Assembly (NCBI GenBank): GCA_046350755.1
Contig: JAXLZV010000001.1
Span: 544,823 to 608,822, forward strand
Reading direction: 5' to 3'
From: Candidatus Saccharimonadota bacterium
Lineage (GTDB): Bacteria > Patescibacteriota > Saccharimonadia > CAILAD01 > GCA-016700035
Length of the DNA: 64,000 nt
Below are positions 37,146 to 46,144 of this stretch, piece by piece (position 1 is the first letter of the stretch; each line of letters begins with the position of its first letter). The notes under the pieces were generated by a model. The model was not told the origin of the DNA. It worked only from the letters and a program-made list of their open reading frames with translations, and searched no databases. Both the position numbers and the translations under genes were made by a program.

Positions 37146-38093
37146 ATGGAACAGGCCCCTCAACCAAGTTCTCCCGAGATGGAGCGGCATACAGAGTATA
37201 AATTGCTGACGGCAGAGAATTATCTTGAATTAATCACCGATCGTCAGGGTGTGATGCCGACTGATACGATCGCTCGCGGAGACAGCGAAGGTATGCGCGC
37301 CAAATACGTTGAAAATACTGAAAAGCTTATCGACGTCATACGGCATGGCTTTGCGAATGAGGGCGGTCCCGAGCATGACTCAGCAGATGTGGTATTTTAT
37401 CTCGATAAATCGGCTCGACCAGTGTATTGGCTGACAGATGCACTATGGGATGTTTTTGCTGATAAACGGGCGACACCGAGGCCGGCGACGCACTTTTTAA
37501 ATCTACACGCTCAAGAAGGTCCGGCCGGAGGGCGCCCGACGAGAGAGGATATGATCCGTGAGGTTGAAGCTGGCATCTATGATGGCTATATCGCCACGAT
37601 GCGTGATGTCTATCCAGATATGGCACACAAGAATCTGCTAGTCGTTGATGAAGTCAGCGTGAGCGGTTCGACTGAGGAGCTGGCCTATCAGATCTTTCGG
37701 CGGGCTTTCCCTGATGCTCACATCAAATCGGCGGCCTGGATGCAAGCTGGCAAGCGTGAAGATCGACAGGGTAATTCGTATCCAACAGAGATCCCGGTTT
37801 GGTATAAGAAATCTTCAGATTCAGGGCGCGGTGTATCTGGAGTCAATCTGGAAAAATCTCAATCATCCGGCAGCTCTGCCCAACGCCAGGGTGCCGAGAT
37901 ATTATCGACTCGACCAGATAAGCCAGATCTGGAGTCTTTGCAGCTGAGAAAAGAGATTCGTCAGCTGGCACGAGATGTGTCAAATGGTGATCAGCCGATA
38001 ATACCGGTACATATGGATGATCTTGAGAGATATGAAGGTATGAAGATTCGATCTGTGAATCACGCCTCGGCGCCTCGATCATTAGTGCAATAA
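37146..38093 (+). CDS. hypothetical protein with phosphoribosyltransferase-like motif
   Basis: LLVVDEVSVSGSTEELAYQIF resembles the PRTase PRPP-binding loop (hhhhDDhhxTGxT). Confidence 0.4.
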   Translation: MEQAPQPSSPEMERHTEYKLLTAENYLELITDRQGVMPTDTIARGDSEGMRAKYVENTEKLIDVIRHGFANEGGPEHDSADVVFYLDKSARPVYWLTDALWDVFADKRATPRPATHFLNLHAQEGPAGGRPTREDMIREVEAGIYDGYIATMRDVYPDMAHKNLLVVDEVSVSGSTEELAYQIFRRAFPDAHIKSAAWMQAGKREDRQGNSYPTEIPVWYKKSSDSGRGVSGVNLEKSQSSGSSAQRQGAEILSTRPDKPDLESLQLRKEIRQLARDVSNGDQPIIPVHMDDLERYEGMKIRSVNHASAPRSLVQ

Positions 38094-38197
38094 AAGCAAG
38101 CTCATATATATTGACATAAATCTTATATTATGTTAGTATAGTCATCTTGATATTCCCAGTGAGTATCGAGTGTATTTTTTGACAAAACGTTTGGAAC

Positions 38198-38256
38198 GGT
38201 CTTCGGATATCTGTGGCCTATCTGTTAGCCAGATTAGCTCTAGATATCCGAAGACC
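38198..38256. repeat. perfect 15-bp inverted repeat GGTCTTCGGATATCT / AGATATCCGAAGACC separated by 29 bp, plus a third partial copy at 38262-38275
   Basis: Read directly from the sequence. It lies between an AT-rich promoter-like stretch (38100-38190) and the first gene of the GC-rich block. Confidence 0.7.
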
Positions 38257-38299
38257 AGGTTGGTCTTCGGTATACCTGTCCCAGGAGGACATTTTACCC

Positions 38300-39070
38300 A
38301 TGAGTTCCACCGAGACCACCAGCCCCAAGTTCACCGCCCCGATCCTGTTCCAGGATCTCCCGACGCTCTTCCAGCAGGAGGAGATCTTCACCGGTCACAG
38401 CCAGGCCGAGAACTGGTTGCGGCAGTTCGGCTCCGAGGTCCTCAAGGACCCCGCGCTGGACATCGTCCACAACCTCATCACCGCCACGAGTGACGATCGC
38501 CGCAACCGCGGTCTGATCACGCTCGAGCGGGCCATCCTGGCCCAGGCCGCCTGGCTCCAGCTCTTCGACCTGATGGCTCCGGCCGGCCGCTTCATGAAGC
38601 TCAAGGAGCTGACTGATGCGGTGCGGTCGAACGAGGCCACGCCGGAGGAGCATGCCGCCGCCAAGGAGGCCGTGCTCGCCGCCTACGTGGAGTACTCCGA
38701 GCGCAAGCAGGAGGTGGATCCGCTCATCGCCAAGATCGTCGATCTGGCGAGCGAGACCGAGTTCATCTTCTCCGCGCGCACCGGAGCCATCATCGGCACC
38801 GGCAACCGCCCCATGGGTCTCTTCCCGTGGCAGGTGGCTGTCCTCGATGCCGTCCTGGACGACAAGGGGGCCCGTGAGGCGCCCAAGTCCCTCCGCTTGA
38901 CCGCGGAGCGCCTGGAGTTCCTCTCCAGGGTCCACTTCGGTGAGCTGCCGTCCCGCAACGGTGCCGGCCGCTCGAAGAAGAGCAGCAAGACGCCCAAGCA
39001 GGCTGCCCGCGCCGAGCGGGACCGTCAGGAGCGCAACAAGCGCCGCGGTCCCGGTAAGGGCAAGGGCTAG
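38300..39070 (+). CDS. hypothetical protein, very GC-rich, with Lys/Arg-rich C-terminal tail
   Basis: AGGAGG RBS. ORF of 256 aa in a ~65% GC region. No recognised motif. Confidence 0.5.
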   Translation: MSSTETTSPKFTAPILFQDLPTLFQQEEIFTGHSQAENWLRQFGSEVLKDPALDIVHNLITATSDDRRNRGLITLERAILAQAAWLQLFDLMAPAGRFMKLKELTDAVRSNEATPEEHAAAKEAVLAAYVEYSERKQEVDPLIAKIVDLASETEFIFSARTGAIIGTGNRPMGLFPWQVAVLDAVLDDKGAREAPKSLRLTAERLEFLSRVHFGELPSRNGAGRSKKSSKTPKQAARAERDRQERNKRRGPGKGKG

Positions 39071-39357
39071 TCAGCCACATTCGGCGGGAACCGGCCGCGA
39101 GGCCGGGGAGGTTCGTGAAATCTTTTCACGTTCGGATTTATTGGCCGCGCCCAACTCGCGCGCCGATATGATCTTACTCCCCGGTCTCAGACCCTCAATC
39201 GAGGAAATTCCAAACGTTTTGTCCTCTCCCAGAAAGTTTGCTATCATACGAACTCTGTGGGAGGGCGTGAAAACGGACCATTGGTCCGAGACAACGTTCT
39301 CTTTTCAGTTTTTCAGCACCTTCAATATCCCTGACTACCCCCAGAGAGAGGAGGGAG

Positions 39358-39837
39358 ATGTTTTCCGACATCCCCCAGTTCATGAGTTCCAATCGAGCGG
39401 CCTGGTACATCGGCCGCTTCATCCGCGCCCATCGAGACAAGATGGACATGCCCATCCCGCTGTCACATCGGCTCGTCTCGGACATCGAGGCGAACCTGGT
39501 CGACGATCGTCAGGCAACGTACTGGCAGATCAAGGCCATCGAACAGCTCCACGGTCATGTGGTTGCCCAGCGAGACGGTGACGTCATCTGGCACAACCTC
39601 TGTGCCTGGATCGAGTTGCGCATCGAGGTGGTCGAGCCGGCTCGTGATCGTGGCGACCGCGAGACCATCTTGGTCGCGCTGACGCCCGAAGATCGTGACT
39701 GGCTGGCACCGCGCCGTGATTGTGCCGTGCCCTACTCGCAGGAGGACTACGAGTCCTTCAGCCTGGCCATCGATGCCCTGCAGGAGATCATCCGCACCAG
39801 CCAGCTGTCCCGTGAGGGACGCCTGGTCAACGCCTGA
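39358..39837 (+). CDS. hypothetical protein, very GC-rich
   Basis: GGAGGGAG RBS. 159 aa. Confidence 0.5.
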   Translation: MFSDIPQFMSSNRAAWYIGRFIRAHRDKMDMPIPLSHRLVSDIEANLVDDRQATYWQIKAIEQLHGHVVAQRDGDVIWHNLCAWIELRIEVVEPARDRGDRETILVALTPEDRDWLAPRRDCAVPYSQEDYESFSLAIDALQEIIRTSQLSREGRLVNA

Positions 39838-39881
39838 TCTTCACTCGCCGTTCCATCCAACAACCCCAGGGGGGAAACCAT

Positions 39882-40166
39882 ATGACCATCGATGACTTGG
39901 ATTTCGACATCAGCGGTGACGACACGTTCACGCCGCTGGTGGAGATGCCTCTGTCCGAGCCCATGCCGGGCGAAGACGAGGTCGACCCGCCCGCCCGCGG
40001 GCTCGGTAGTCGGGCCTGGCGTCGTATCAACGGCGGGCAGAAGACCCGTCGCCTGCGTCGCCGCACCGGATCCGACCCCGACTTCATGGGGTCCTTCATT
40101 CGGGACGCCGAAGTGGGTCACCACTCCAAGCGCAACCGAGGCCGCAAGCCTCGCAGCCGGAAGTAG
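39882..40166 (+). CDS. hypothetical protein, acidic N-terminus and Arg/Lys-rich C-terminus, very GC-rich
   Basis: GGGGGGAAACCAT-ATG RBS. 94 aa. Confidence 0.45.
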   Translation: MTIDDLDFDISGDDTFTPLVEMPLSEPMPGEDEVDPPARGLGSRAWRRINGGQKTRRLRRRTGSDPDFMGSFIRDAEVGHHSKRNRGRKPRSRK

Positions 40167-40183
40167 ATCGGTAAATCTACATT

Positions 40184-40226
40184 GGCCTTTAGCGGTCCAA
40201 CCCCGCTGAAGGCCATCTTTATTTTT
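40184..40226 (+). terminator. strong rho-independent terminator closing the GC-rich three-gene block
   Basis: GGCCTTTAGCGG-N7-CCGCTGAAGGCC followed by ATCTTTATTTTT. Confidence 0.7.
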
Positions 40227-40243
40227 GATGACTATGTATGAAT

Positions 40244-40284
40244 AAAAATGCCGAACCCCGGTAGACGTCGTTGTCTACCGGGGT
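40244..40284 (-). terminator. rho-independent terminator of the convergent 40307..40735 gene
   Basis: CCCCGGTAGAC-GTCGTT-GTCTACCGGGG, with a T-run on the minus RNA. Confidence 0.7.
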
Positions 40285-40306
40285 AAGTTGTTCCCCTTGG
40301 CGAGGA

Positions 40307-40735
40307 TCAGGCGATGGAGAGGTGCGGGTCGTGAGCACCGTAGTGCGCACGGTCCATCTCGTCGCGCTCGGGAAGCGCTTCGGGATCGACCTCACCGATC
40401 AGTCGCCGCAGTTCGCGGTACTGCTCGGCGGCCTCGCCCTTCCACATGTCGGCCCGGGAGTCGATCCAGCGGATCATGCTCCTGAGGCGGCTGTGGCTGG
40501 CGCTGACCTCACCGATGCCGAGCTGGATCTGCTTGTAGCAGGCAGCGGCGAAGGGGATCGCCCGTGAACAGAGAGCCTGCCAGGGCTCTGGATTGGCGAT
40601 GACGTCGCGCTTGAGGAGTGCGAGCGGCTGGACACGACGTCCGGCCTGCATGCCCTCGGTGCGTTCGCGAACGGCGTTCTGCCATTCGGTCAGGGTCATC
40701 GGCTTGGGCTTGGTTGCGGGCTTCCGCTGGGGCAC
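40307..40735 (-). CDS. hypothetical protein, GC-rich
   Basis: GTG start with an AAGGTGG RBS. 142 aa. Confidence 0.45.
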   Translation of the reverse strand: MPQRKPATKPKPMTLTEWQNAVRERTEGMQAGRRVQPLALLKRDVIANPEPWQALCSRAIPFAAACYKQIQLGIGEVSASHSRLRSMIRWIDSRADMWKGEAAEQYRELRRLIGEVDPEALPERDEMDRAHYGAHDPHLSIA

Positions 40736-40885
40736 GGAGAACCACCTTCTTCCATGAATTGTAGGGTTTTTACAGGTTCATCGACAACTCTGTCGATGGG
40801 GGTTATATTACAACTTCTTTCGACTATATGCAATACTTATCCCGATCTGTTCGACAGGGCTGGCAAAAGTCGCCATAATGCAGAT

Positions 40886-41935
40886 ATGAAAGACTTTGAC
40901 GCTATCCCATCGCTCGACAAACACAAAATCTTTGATTCGATTGACGCGCAGCCGGCACATTTACGGCTCAACTTTGCCGACAGTATGACAGAAGACGTGA
41001 CCCCTGGCTGGGGAGAGGGAATTGAGAATATCCTGCTAACCGGCATGGGCGGCTCAGCGCTGGCGGCCGACATTGCGCGGAATTGGCTGAGTAGCCGTTT
41101 GGCTATGCCGTTTGATATCTCGCGCAATTACGATCTGCCAAATTATGTTGGGCCACGGACGCTGGTGATAGTCTCAAGCTACTCGGGTAATACCGAAGAG
41201 ACACTATCGGCACTGTCAGATGCCGAGAAGCGCCGGGCTCGGATCGTCGTCATGACGGCTGGCGGGCAATTACTTGATCTGGCGCGCGAGAAAGGCTATC
41301 TGACGCTCCAGTTGCCGCAAGTGTCGCAGCCGCGCCTATCGGTGTTGGCTGGCTTGAAGGCGCTGGCTTGCTTGCTGTCGGACGCTGGCTTCATTGGCGA
41401 GATGGATGTGCGTCGTGAGCTTATCGATGTCGGTGATTGGCTGGAAGTTGAGAAGTCGCGTCTGAATCTCGACAATCAGGAGATTGATAATCCAGCCATG
41501 CAACTGGCCCGCCATCTGCATGGTAAACCGGTTGTCGTGTATGCTGGCCCAGCCCTCAAGTCGGCGGCGTATAAATGGAAGATCGACATCAATGAAAATG
41601 CTAAGCAGCTGGCCTTCTGTAATCTGTATCCGGAGCTGAATCATAATGAATATCAGGGTTGGTTATTCCCGCAGGCAAAGGATCTCGCAACCCTGCAGAT
41701 CGAGTCGAGCCTCGAGCACGATCGCGTACAGAAACGCTTTCTGATTACGCGCGAGATTCTCAAGGATCATGGCTATGAGCCGATGGTAGTGCATGCTGAG
41801 GGTAAAACCTTGATACAACAGATTCTCTGGACAGTTTTACTTGGCGATTATGTTTCGGCCTACATGGGTATACTCAACGGTATCGACCCAACCCCCGTTG
41901 ATTTAGTTGAAGAGCTCAAGAAAAAGCTCGGCTAA
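40886..41935 (+). CDS. bifunctional phosphoglucose/phosphomannose isomerase (SIS domain)
   Basis: LLTGMGGSALAADIARNWL is an SIS phosphosugar-binding motif. CATAAT sits 6 nt upstream of the ATG. Confidence 0.6.
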   Translation: MKDFDAIPSLDKHKIFDSIDAQPAHLRLNFADSMTEDVTPGWGEGIENILLTGMGGSALAADIARNWLSSRLAMPFDISRNYDLPNYVGPRTLVIVSSYSGNTEETLSALSDAEKRRARIVVMTAGGQLLDLAREKGYLTLQLPQVSQPRLSVLAGLKALACLLSDAGFIGEMDVRRELIDVGDWLEVEKSRLNLDNQEIDNPAMQLARHLHGKPVVVYAGPALKSAAYKWKIDINENAKQLAFCNLYPELNHNEYQGWLFPQAKDLATLQIESSLEHDRVQKRFLITREILKDHGYEPMVVHAEGKTLIQQILWTVLLGDYVSAYMGILNGIDPTPVDLVEELKKKLG

Positions 41936-41939
41936 ACCT

Positions 41940-42167
41940 ATGCCTCAATCGAGCAAGCATCGGAAAATTTTGCTCGTGCTAGGTCTCGTGCCGATTGTCT
42001 CGATTGGCGTTTACTTCTGGTGTTCTCTTCAGGGTTCTTGCACGGGTCAATGCATTGCGGTTGGCTATTCGGTTGGCTCGGTATGTATGGTCACGGCACT
42101 GAAAACCTTTATCGCTCTTCTGGTGGCCATCATATTCGGCTGGCTACTTATAGAACGCGTGCGATAA
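41940..42167 (+). CDS. small Cys-containing membrane protein, hypothetical
   Basis: 75 aa with two TM segments. Confidence 0.35.
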   Translation: MPQSSKHRKILLVLGLVPIVSIGVYFWCSLQGSCTGQCIAVGYSVGSVCMVTALKTFIALLVAIIFGWLLIERVR

Positions 42168-42263
42168 ATATACTTGAGCTTTATACGATAATATAGTATA
42201 ATCTGCTTCCATAGTACCTTGAACTTGGTACGGCCAACCGCGCTTGACCCGAAAGGGGTGAAA

Positions 42264-43322
42264 ATGAGCGGGAGTAGTACACATAAGCCGCGCGCTGTTC
42301 TGGCAGTAGATCTGCCAAACATCAACCAGCAGCTAGCGGTAGTTTTTGGCGATGACTTTCGGGTCGACTGGGATGCGCTTCGTCAGGATTGCCGACGTGA
42401 AGCCGCCAGACGCCTGAACCTCGATTCGCATGACTTTGATTTTCGCAGTTGTGTCTTCATGCAGGGAATCCACACTGATCCGGCCCTGGCGGCAACGGAT
42501 CGTCTCCAGCGGCGCAATCAGTTCGTCCGCTATCTCACGTCCATTGGATGGACAACCTTCCAGAAGGATGCTCAGAAGCCCACGCCTCAGTTGAGCCATT
42601 TCGTTCACGAGCTGGGTCAGCAACTCCATTTGCCTGGTCGCCGTCAGGTTGAGCTGTTGCGAATGGGGGAGCCGGAGATCGATGAACTCGATTTGCTGGC
42701 ACGCGAGATGCTCGGTGTGTTTCCAGAATTCACGACCACAGCGCAGCGTATGAAGATTCGTCTCTACGTTTCGCTGATCAAGTCGAGCTGGGCGCGTCAT
42801 CGTTTGCATCGACTGCTCCTGGAGACCTACGAGAAGCTCGTTGATCTAGAAGCCAGCCAGCGAGATGTTCGTTTGCGGGCGCTGATCGGCGAAATACGAG
42901 CCTCGGAAGCGGCTCAGCAAGTCCCAGATTTTCGTTGGCAAGACCTGTCTCGGCTTGACCGTCATGGCGTAACGAAGTTGGCTTACCGGCTCTTCAAAGC
43001 GCTGCAGAAGATCGATACCGTCGAGAAGCAGATGCGTGACATCGATAACGACCTCAATAGTTGGGTCGCCGATCAAATGCTGCCGCTGAGGCAGACCGAG
43101 CCATACTTGCCGGGTGTCGTGTTCTTGGTCGGCAACGATTTCAAGAATCACCTTCGCTATGTGGTGCCGCGCGTCAAGCGTAATCCGCAGGTCCAGGTGG
43201 TGTTCCTGGTTCTTCAGGACAAGTACGAACAGGCCAAGCCCGAGACCAGAAGTCAGCTTGATCAGTACAAAGTCGTGTTCATCGACAAGTACGTCAAGCG
43301 CGCTGAACTCTGTGTCGCTTGA
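42264..43322 (+). CDS. hypothetical protein, possibly a split NYN/LabA-like nuclease domain
   Basis: AAAGGGGTG RBS. N-terminal AVLAVDLPNI and C-terminal VVFLVGNDF resemble the two halves of NYN motifs. Confidence 0.35.
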   Translation: MSGSSTHKPRAVLAVDLPNINQQLAVVFGDDFRVDWDALRQDCRREAARRLNLDSHDFDFRSCVFMQGIHTDPALAATDRLQRRNQFVRYLTSIGWTTFQKDAQKPTPQLSHFVHELGQQLHLPGRRQVELLRMGEPEIDELDLLAREMLGVFPEFTTTAQRMKIRLYVSLIKSSWARHRLHRLLLETYEKLVDLEASQRDVRLRALIGEIRASEAAQQVPDFRWQDLSRLDRHGVTKLAYRLFKALQKIDTVEKQMRDIDNDLNSWVADQMLPLRQTEPYLPGVVFLVGNDFKNHLRYVVPRVKRNPQVQVVFLVLQDKYEQAKPETRSQLDQYKVVFIDKYVKRAELCVA

Positions 43323-43419
43323 CCAAGCAATGCTCGACTCCTCTCTGTTTTCAGGAGGTGAGTCGAGCTATTTTTTTTCTGGCGATGAGTCAATATTTCA
43401 GATATAATCGCTGACGCGT

Positions 43420-43509
43420 GGAGAGGTGTCCGAGTGGTTGAAGGAGCACGCTTGGAAAGCGTGTGTGCGGGCAACCGTACCGAGGGTTCGAATCCCTCTC
43501 TCTCCGCCA
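43420..43509 (+). tRNA. tRNA-Ser (anticodon GGA), CCA encoded
   Basis: GGAGAGGTGTCCGAGTGGTTGAAGGAGCACGC...loop UUGGAAA...long variable arm...GAGGGTTCGAATCCCTC. Confidence 0.85.
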
Positions 43510-43512
43510 TAC

Positions 43513-43543
43513 TAAAAACAGGATCAGAGCGATCCTGTTTTTA
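43513..43543. terminator. bidirectional terminator after tRNA-Ser(GGA)
   Basis: AAAAACAGGATC-AGAGC-GATCCTGTTTTT. Confidence 0.7.
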
Positions 43544-43555
43544 GTAACGCAATAT

Positions 43556-43804
43556 TTATTCGGCTGTCTTACGAGTCCGGGAGGCTAGATAGTTGAGTGC
43601 GGTATAGACAGCAAGATAGGCGATGCCCGAGATACAAGCCCGAGTGAGCTGTTGAGGGCTTTGCCATATCAGTAAGCCTCCTGTAACACCAGTCGCGAGC
43701 AGGCTACCGATCGACAACAGGTTGAGCCAGCGGTGTGGCATGAAGATCTGGAGGGCCGAAGTGATGAGCCCGGTCAGGGCGACCACGATATGAAGACTAA
43801 GCAT
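43556..43804 (-). CDS. small membrane protein, hypothetical
   Basis: 82 aa with three hydrophobic segments. Confidence 0.35.
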   Translation of the reverse strand: MLSLHIVVALTGLITSALQIFMPHRWLNLLSIGSLLATGVTGGLLIWQSPQQLTRACISGIAYLAVYTALNYLASRTRKTAE

Positions 43805-43904
43805 GATATGAAATTCCTCTTATATATGTAGTTTAGCATCTGCTCGTCGTGGCGCAATCATGCTTGCGCTAGCGCATTCACGCCACAGCCTTCACAATAG
43901 TAGT

Positions 43905-45686
43905 ATGACTAAATCCAACCCCGAAGCTGTTTACTGGGATCTCGAGCAGATCTTGCCAATTAATGAATTTGATACGGCCTATGCCGAGATTGAAAAGTTA
44001 CTCACTGGGTATATAGGCTGGCAGAAAAAACTCACGCCAGATATGACGACCGATACGTTCAACGAGTATATGCAGTGGCAATATGCTGTCAGCGAGAAGG
44101 TCGCACGATTGTATTCCCGCCCGAGTCTGCTTGAGTCGACCGACAGTAAGTCGAGTGAGGCGGCCCGATTGAAGGCTCGCGCAACAGATTTGTATGTCAA
44201 AGCTGGAGAAGTGGCTCGACCAATATCGATGTGGCTAAAGGGCAAAGAGGTCGCGGGCATGAAGACACTTGATGATGCGAATGCCCAGCGACTTTTTGCA
44301 TCAGTTGAAGGTATGGAATATCCATTGAGCTATGCGCGCCAGATGGCTAGCCATACGCTGACGCAGCCCGAGGAATCAATTATCAGCCACAAGGATGCGA
44401 CGGGCGTGAGTGTCTTAACGGACCTACGCGAGATGATTGAAACGGACTTTACCTATCAGATGAAAGTCGGTGGTAAGACCGAGAAGTATGCAACTTCTGA
44501 GGAGCTGAAAGCGCATATCTATTCACCCGATGCAGAACGTCGCGCGGCGACGTATCGCGCGCTTTTTGCCCCCTATAAGCGCGATGAAGATAAGTTTTTC
44601 CGAATCTATCAAGCAGTGGTGAAAGATTGGGCATATGAGGCTGAGCTACGGGGCTATAAGAGCCCGATCGCAATGCGCAATGCAGCTAATCAGGTGCCCG
44701 ATGCAGCCATTGAGGCACTGATGAAAGTCTGCGAAGAAGAAGCTGGGGTGTTTCAAGGCTTCTTCCGCTGGAAAGCCGACAAGCTCGGGCTCAAGAAATT
44801 AACCCGCTTCGATCTCTATGCGCCATTGTCGGAAGCTAAGTCAACCTATTCGTATTCTGAAGCGGTCGATATGGTAATCGAGACGTTCACAAGTTTCTCG
44901 TCTGATTTTGCCGCCAAAGCCCGCCAGATACTCGAACAGCAACACGTCGATTCACACCCAGCACCGACGAAGCGCAGTGGGGCCTTCTGTTCGACTATTG
45001 CGCCGTCAATTGAGCCGTATGTGCTGCTGAACTTCTCGGGCAAAAGTCGAGATGTTTCGACGCTGGCTCACGAGCTTGGTCATGGTGTGCACTCGATGTA
45101 TGCCGACCATTTGCCGATTAGTTCGCAACACCCGAATCTACCACTGGCGGAGACGGCCTCGACGTTTGGCGAGATGATTCTCTTTGAGGCCTTGCTCGAG
45201 AAGACGAACGATGCAAGCGAGCGAGAAGCTTTGATGGCTGAGAAAATCGCTGACAGTTACGCGACGATTCTACGCCAGAACTACTTTGTGAAATTTGAGA
45301 TTGCAGCCCATGAAGCTATTCCGAAAGGCGCGGGGGTCGAAGAGATTCGCAAGCTCTGGCTTAAGGGGATTCATCAGCAATTTGGTGACGCTATCGAGAT
45401 TGATGACATATTTGGGTATGAGTGGGCGTACATTCCGCACATCGTGCACACGCCGTTTTATTGCTATGCGTATAACTTTGGCGAGCTGTTAAGCCTGTCG
45501 CTCTATGCGCGCTATAAAGCCGAGGGGAAGAGTTTTGTGCCGAAAATCGAGGCGATTCTAGCTGCTGGCGGGTCGCGTGAGCCAAAGCAAGTGCTGGAAG
45601 AAGTGGGTATCGACTTTGAGAGTCAGGATTTCTGGCGCGGTGGTTTTGAGATTATTAAGAGCTGGGTCGGGGAGCTGGAGAAGTAA
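43905..45686 (+). CDS. pepF: oligoendopeptidase F (M3B metallopeptidase)
   Basis: The HELGHGVHS zinc motif and overall length and pattern of M3B PepF. Confidence 0.75.
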   Translation: MTKSNPEAVYWDLEQILPINEFDTAYAEIEKLLTGYIGWQKKLTPDMTTDTFNEYMQWQYAVSEKVARLYSRPSLLESTDSKSSEAARLKARATDLYVKAGEVARPISMWLKGKEVAGMKTLDDANAQRLFASVEGMEYPLSYARQMASHTLTQPEESIISHKDATGVSVLTDLREMIETDFTYQMKVGGKTEKYATSEELKAHIYSPDAERRAATYRALFAPYKRDEDKFFRIYQAVVKDWAYEAELRGYKSPIAMRNAANQVPDAAIEALMKVCEEEAGVFQGFFRWKADKLGLKKLTRFDLYAPLSEAKSTYSYSEAVDMVIETFTSFSSDFAAKARQILEQQHVDSHPAPTKRSGAFCSTIAPSIEPYVLLNFSGKSRDVSTLAHELGHGVHSMYADHLPISSQHPNLPLAETASTFGEMILFEALLEKTNDASEREALMAEKIADSYATILRQNYFVKFEIAAHEAIPKGAGVEEIRKLWLKGIHQQFGDAIEIDDIFGYEWAYIPHIVHTPFYCYAYNFGELLSLSLYARYKAEGKSFVPKIEAILAAGGSREPKQVLEEVGIDFESQDFWRGGFEIIKSWVGELEK

Positions 45687-45688
45687 CT

Positions 45689-46090
45689 ATGGCTGATGAT
45701 TTTCATATTGATAAAGATGAGCTGAAGCAAAAACTCACGCCTGAAGAGTATGAAATTACCCAGAATACCGGCACTGAGGCACCATTTACTGGTAAATACT
45801 GGAATGAGCATGCCGACGGGACGTATACCTGTAAGGTCTGCGGCCAGGTATTATTTGATGCCGAGCATAAGTTTGAGTCGGGGAGCGGCTGGCCAAGTTT
45901 TGATCGGGCAGTGCCCGGATCGGTAAGTATGCGCGAAGATACTTCGCATGGCATGACGCGCACTGAGGTGGTGTGTAGTCGCTGTGGGGCACACCTAGGG
46001 CATATGTTTGAAGATGGACCGAAAGAGACGACTGGACAGCGATTTTGCATTAATTCTGCTAGTCTAGACCTGAAGAAGCGGGATAAATAA
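45689..46090 (+). CDS. msrB: peptide-methionine (R)-S-oxide reductase
   Basis: CxxC...GWPSF...RTEVVCSRCGAHLGHMFEDGP. Confidence 0.85.
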   Translation: MADDFHIDKDELKQKLTPEEYEITQNTGTEAPFTGKYWNEHADGTYTCKVCGQVLFDAEHKFESGSGWPSFDRAVPGSVSMREDTSHGMTRTEVVCSRCGAHLGHMFEDGPKETTGQRFCINSASLDLKKRDK

Positions 46091-46125
46091 AGTTTGAGAG
46101 GGGAAGGCCGAAGCCTTCCCCTCTA
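46090..46125. terminator. shared terminator for the convergent msrB and Rpf-like genes
   Basis: GAGAGGGGAAGGC-CGAA-GCCTTCCCCTCT. Confidence 0.65.
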
Positions 46126-46144
46126 GGTTCCCGCCAGGGAGAAC

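Noticed and set aside
38294-39080. Minus-strand ORFs 38294..38935, 38395..38664, 38683..38997 and 38790..39080, and plus-strand 38616..38900, within the GC-rich block
   Set aside because: They overlap gene 38300..39070 in other frames with Arg/Gly/Pro-rich translations. They are artefacts of the ~65% GC content.
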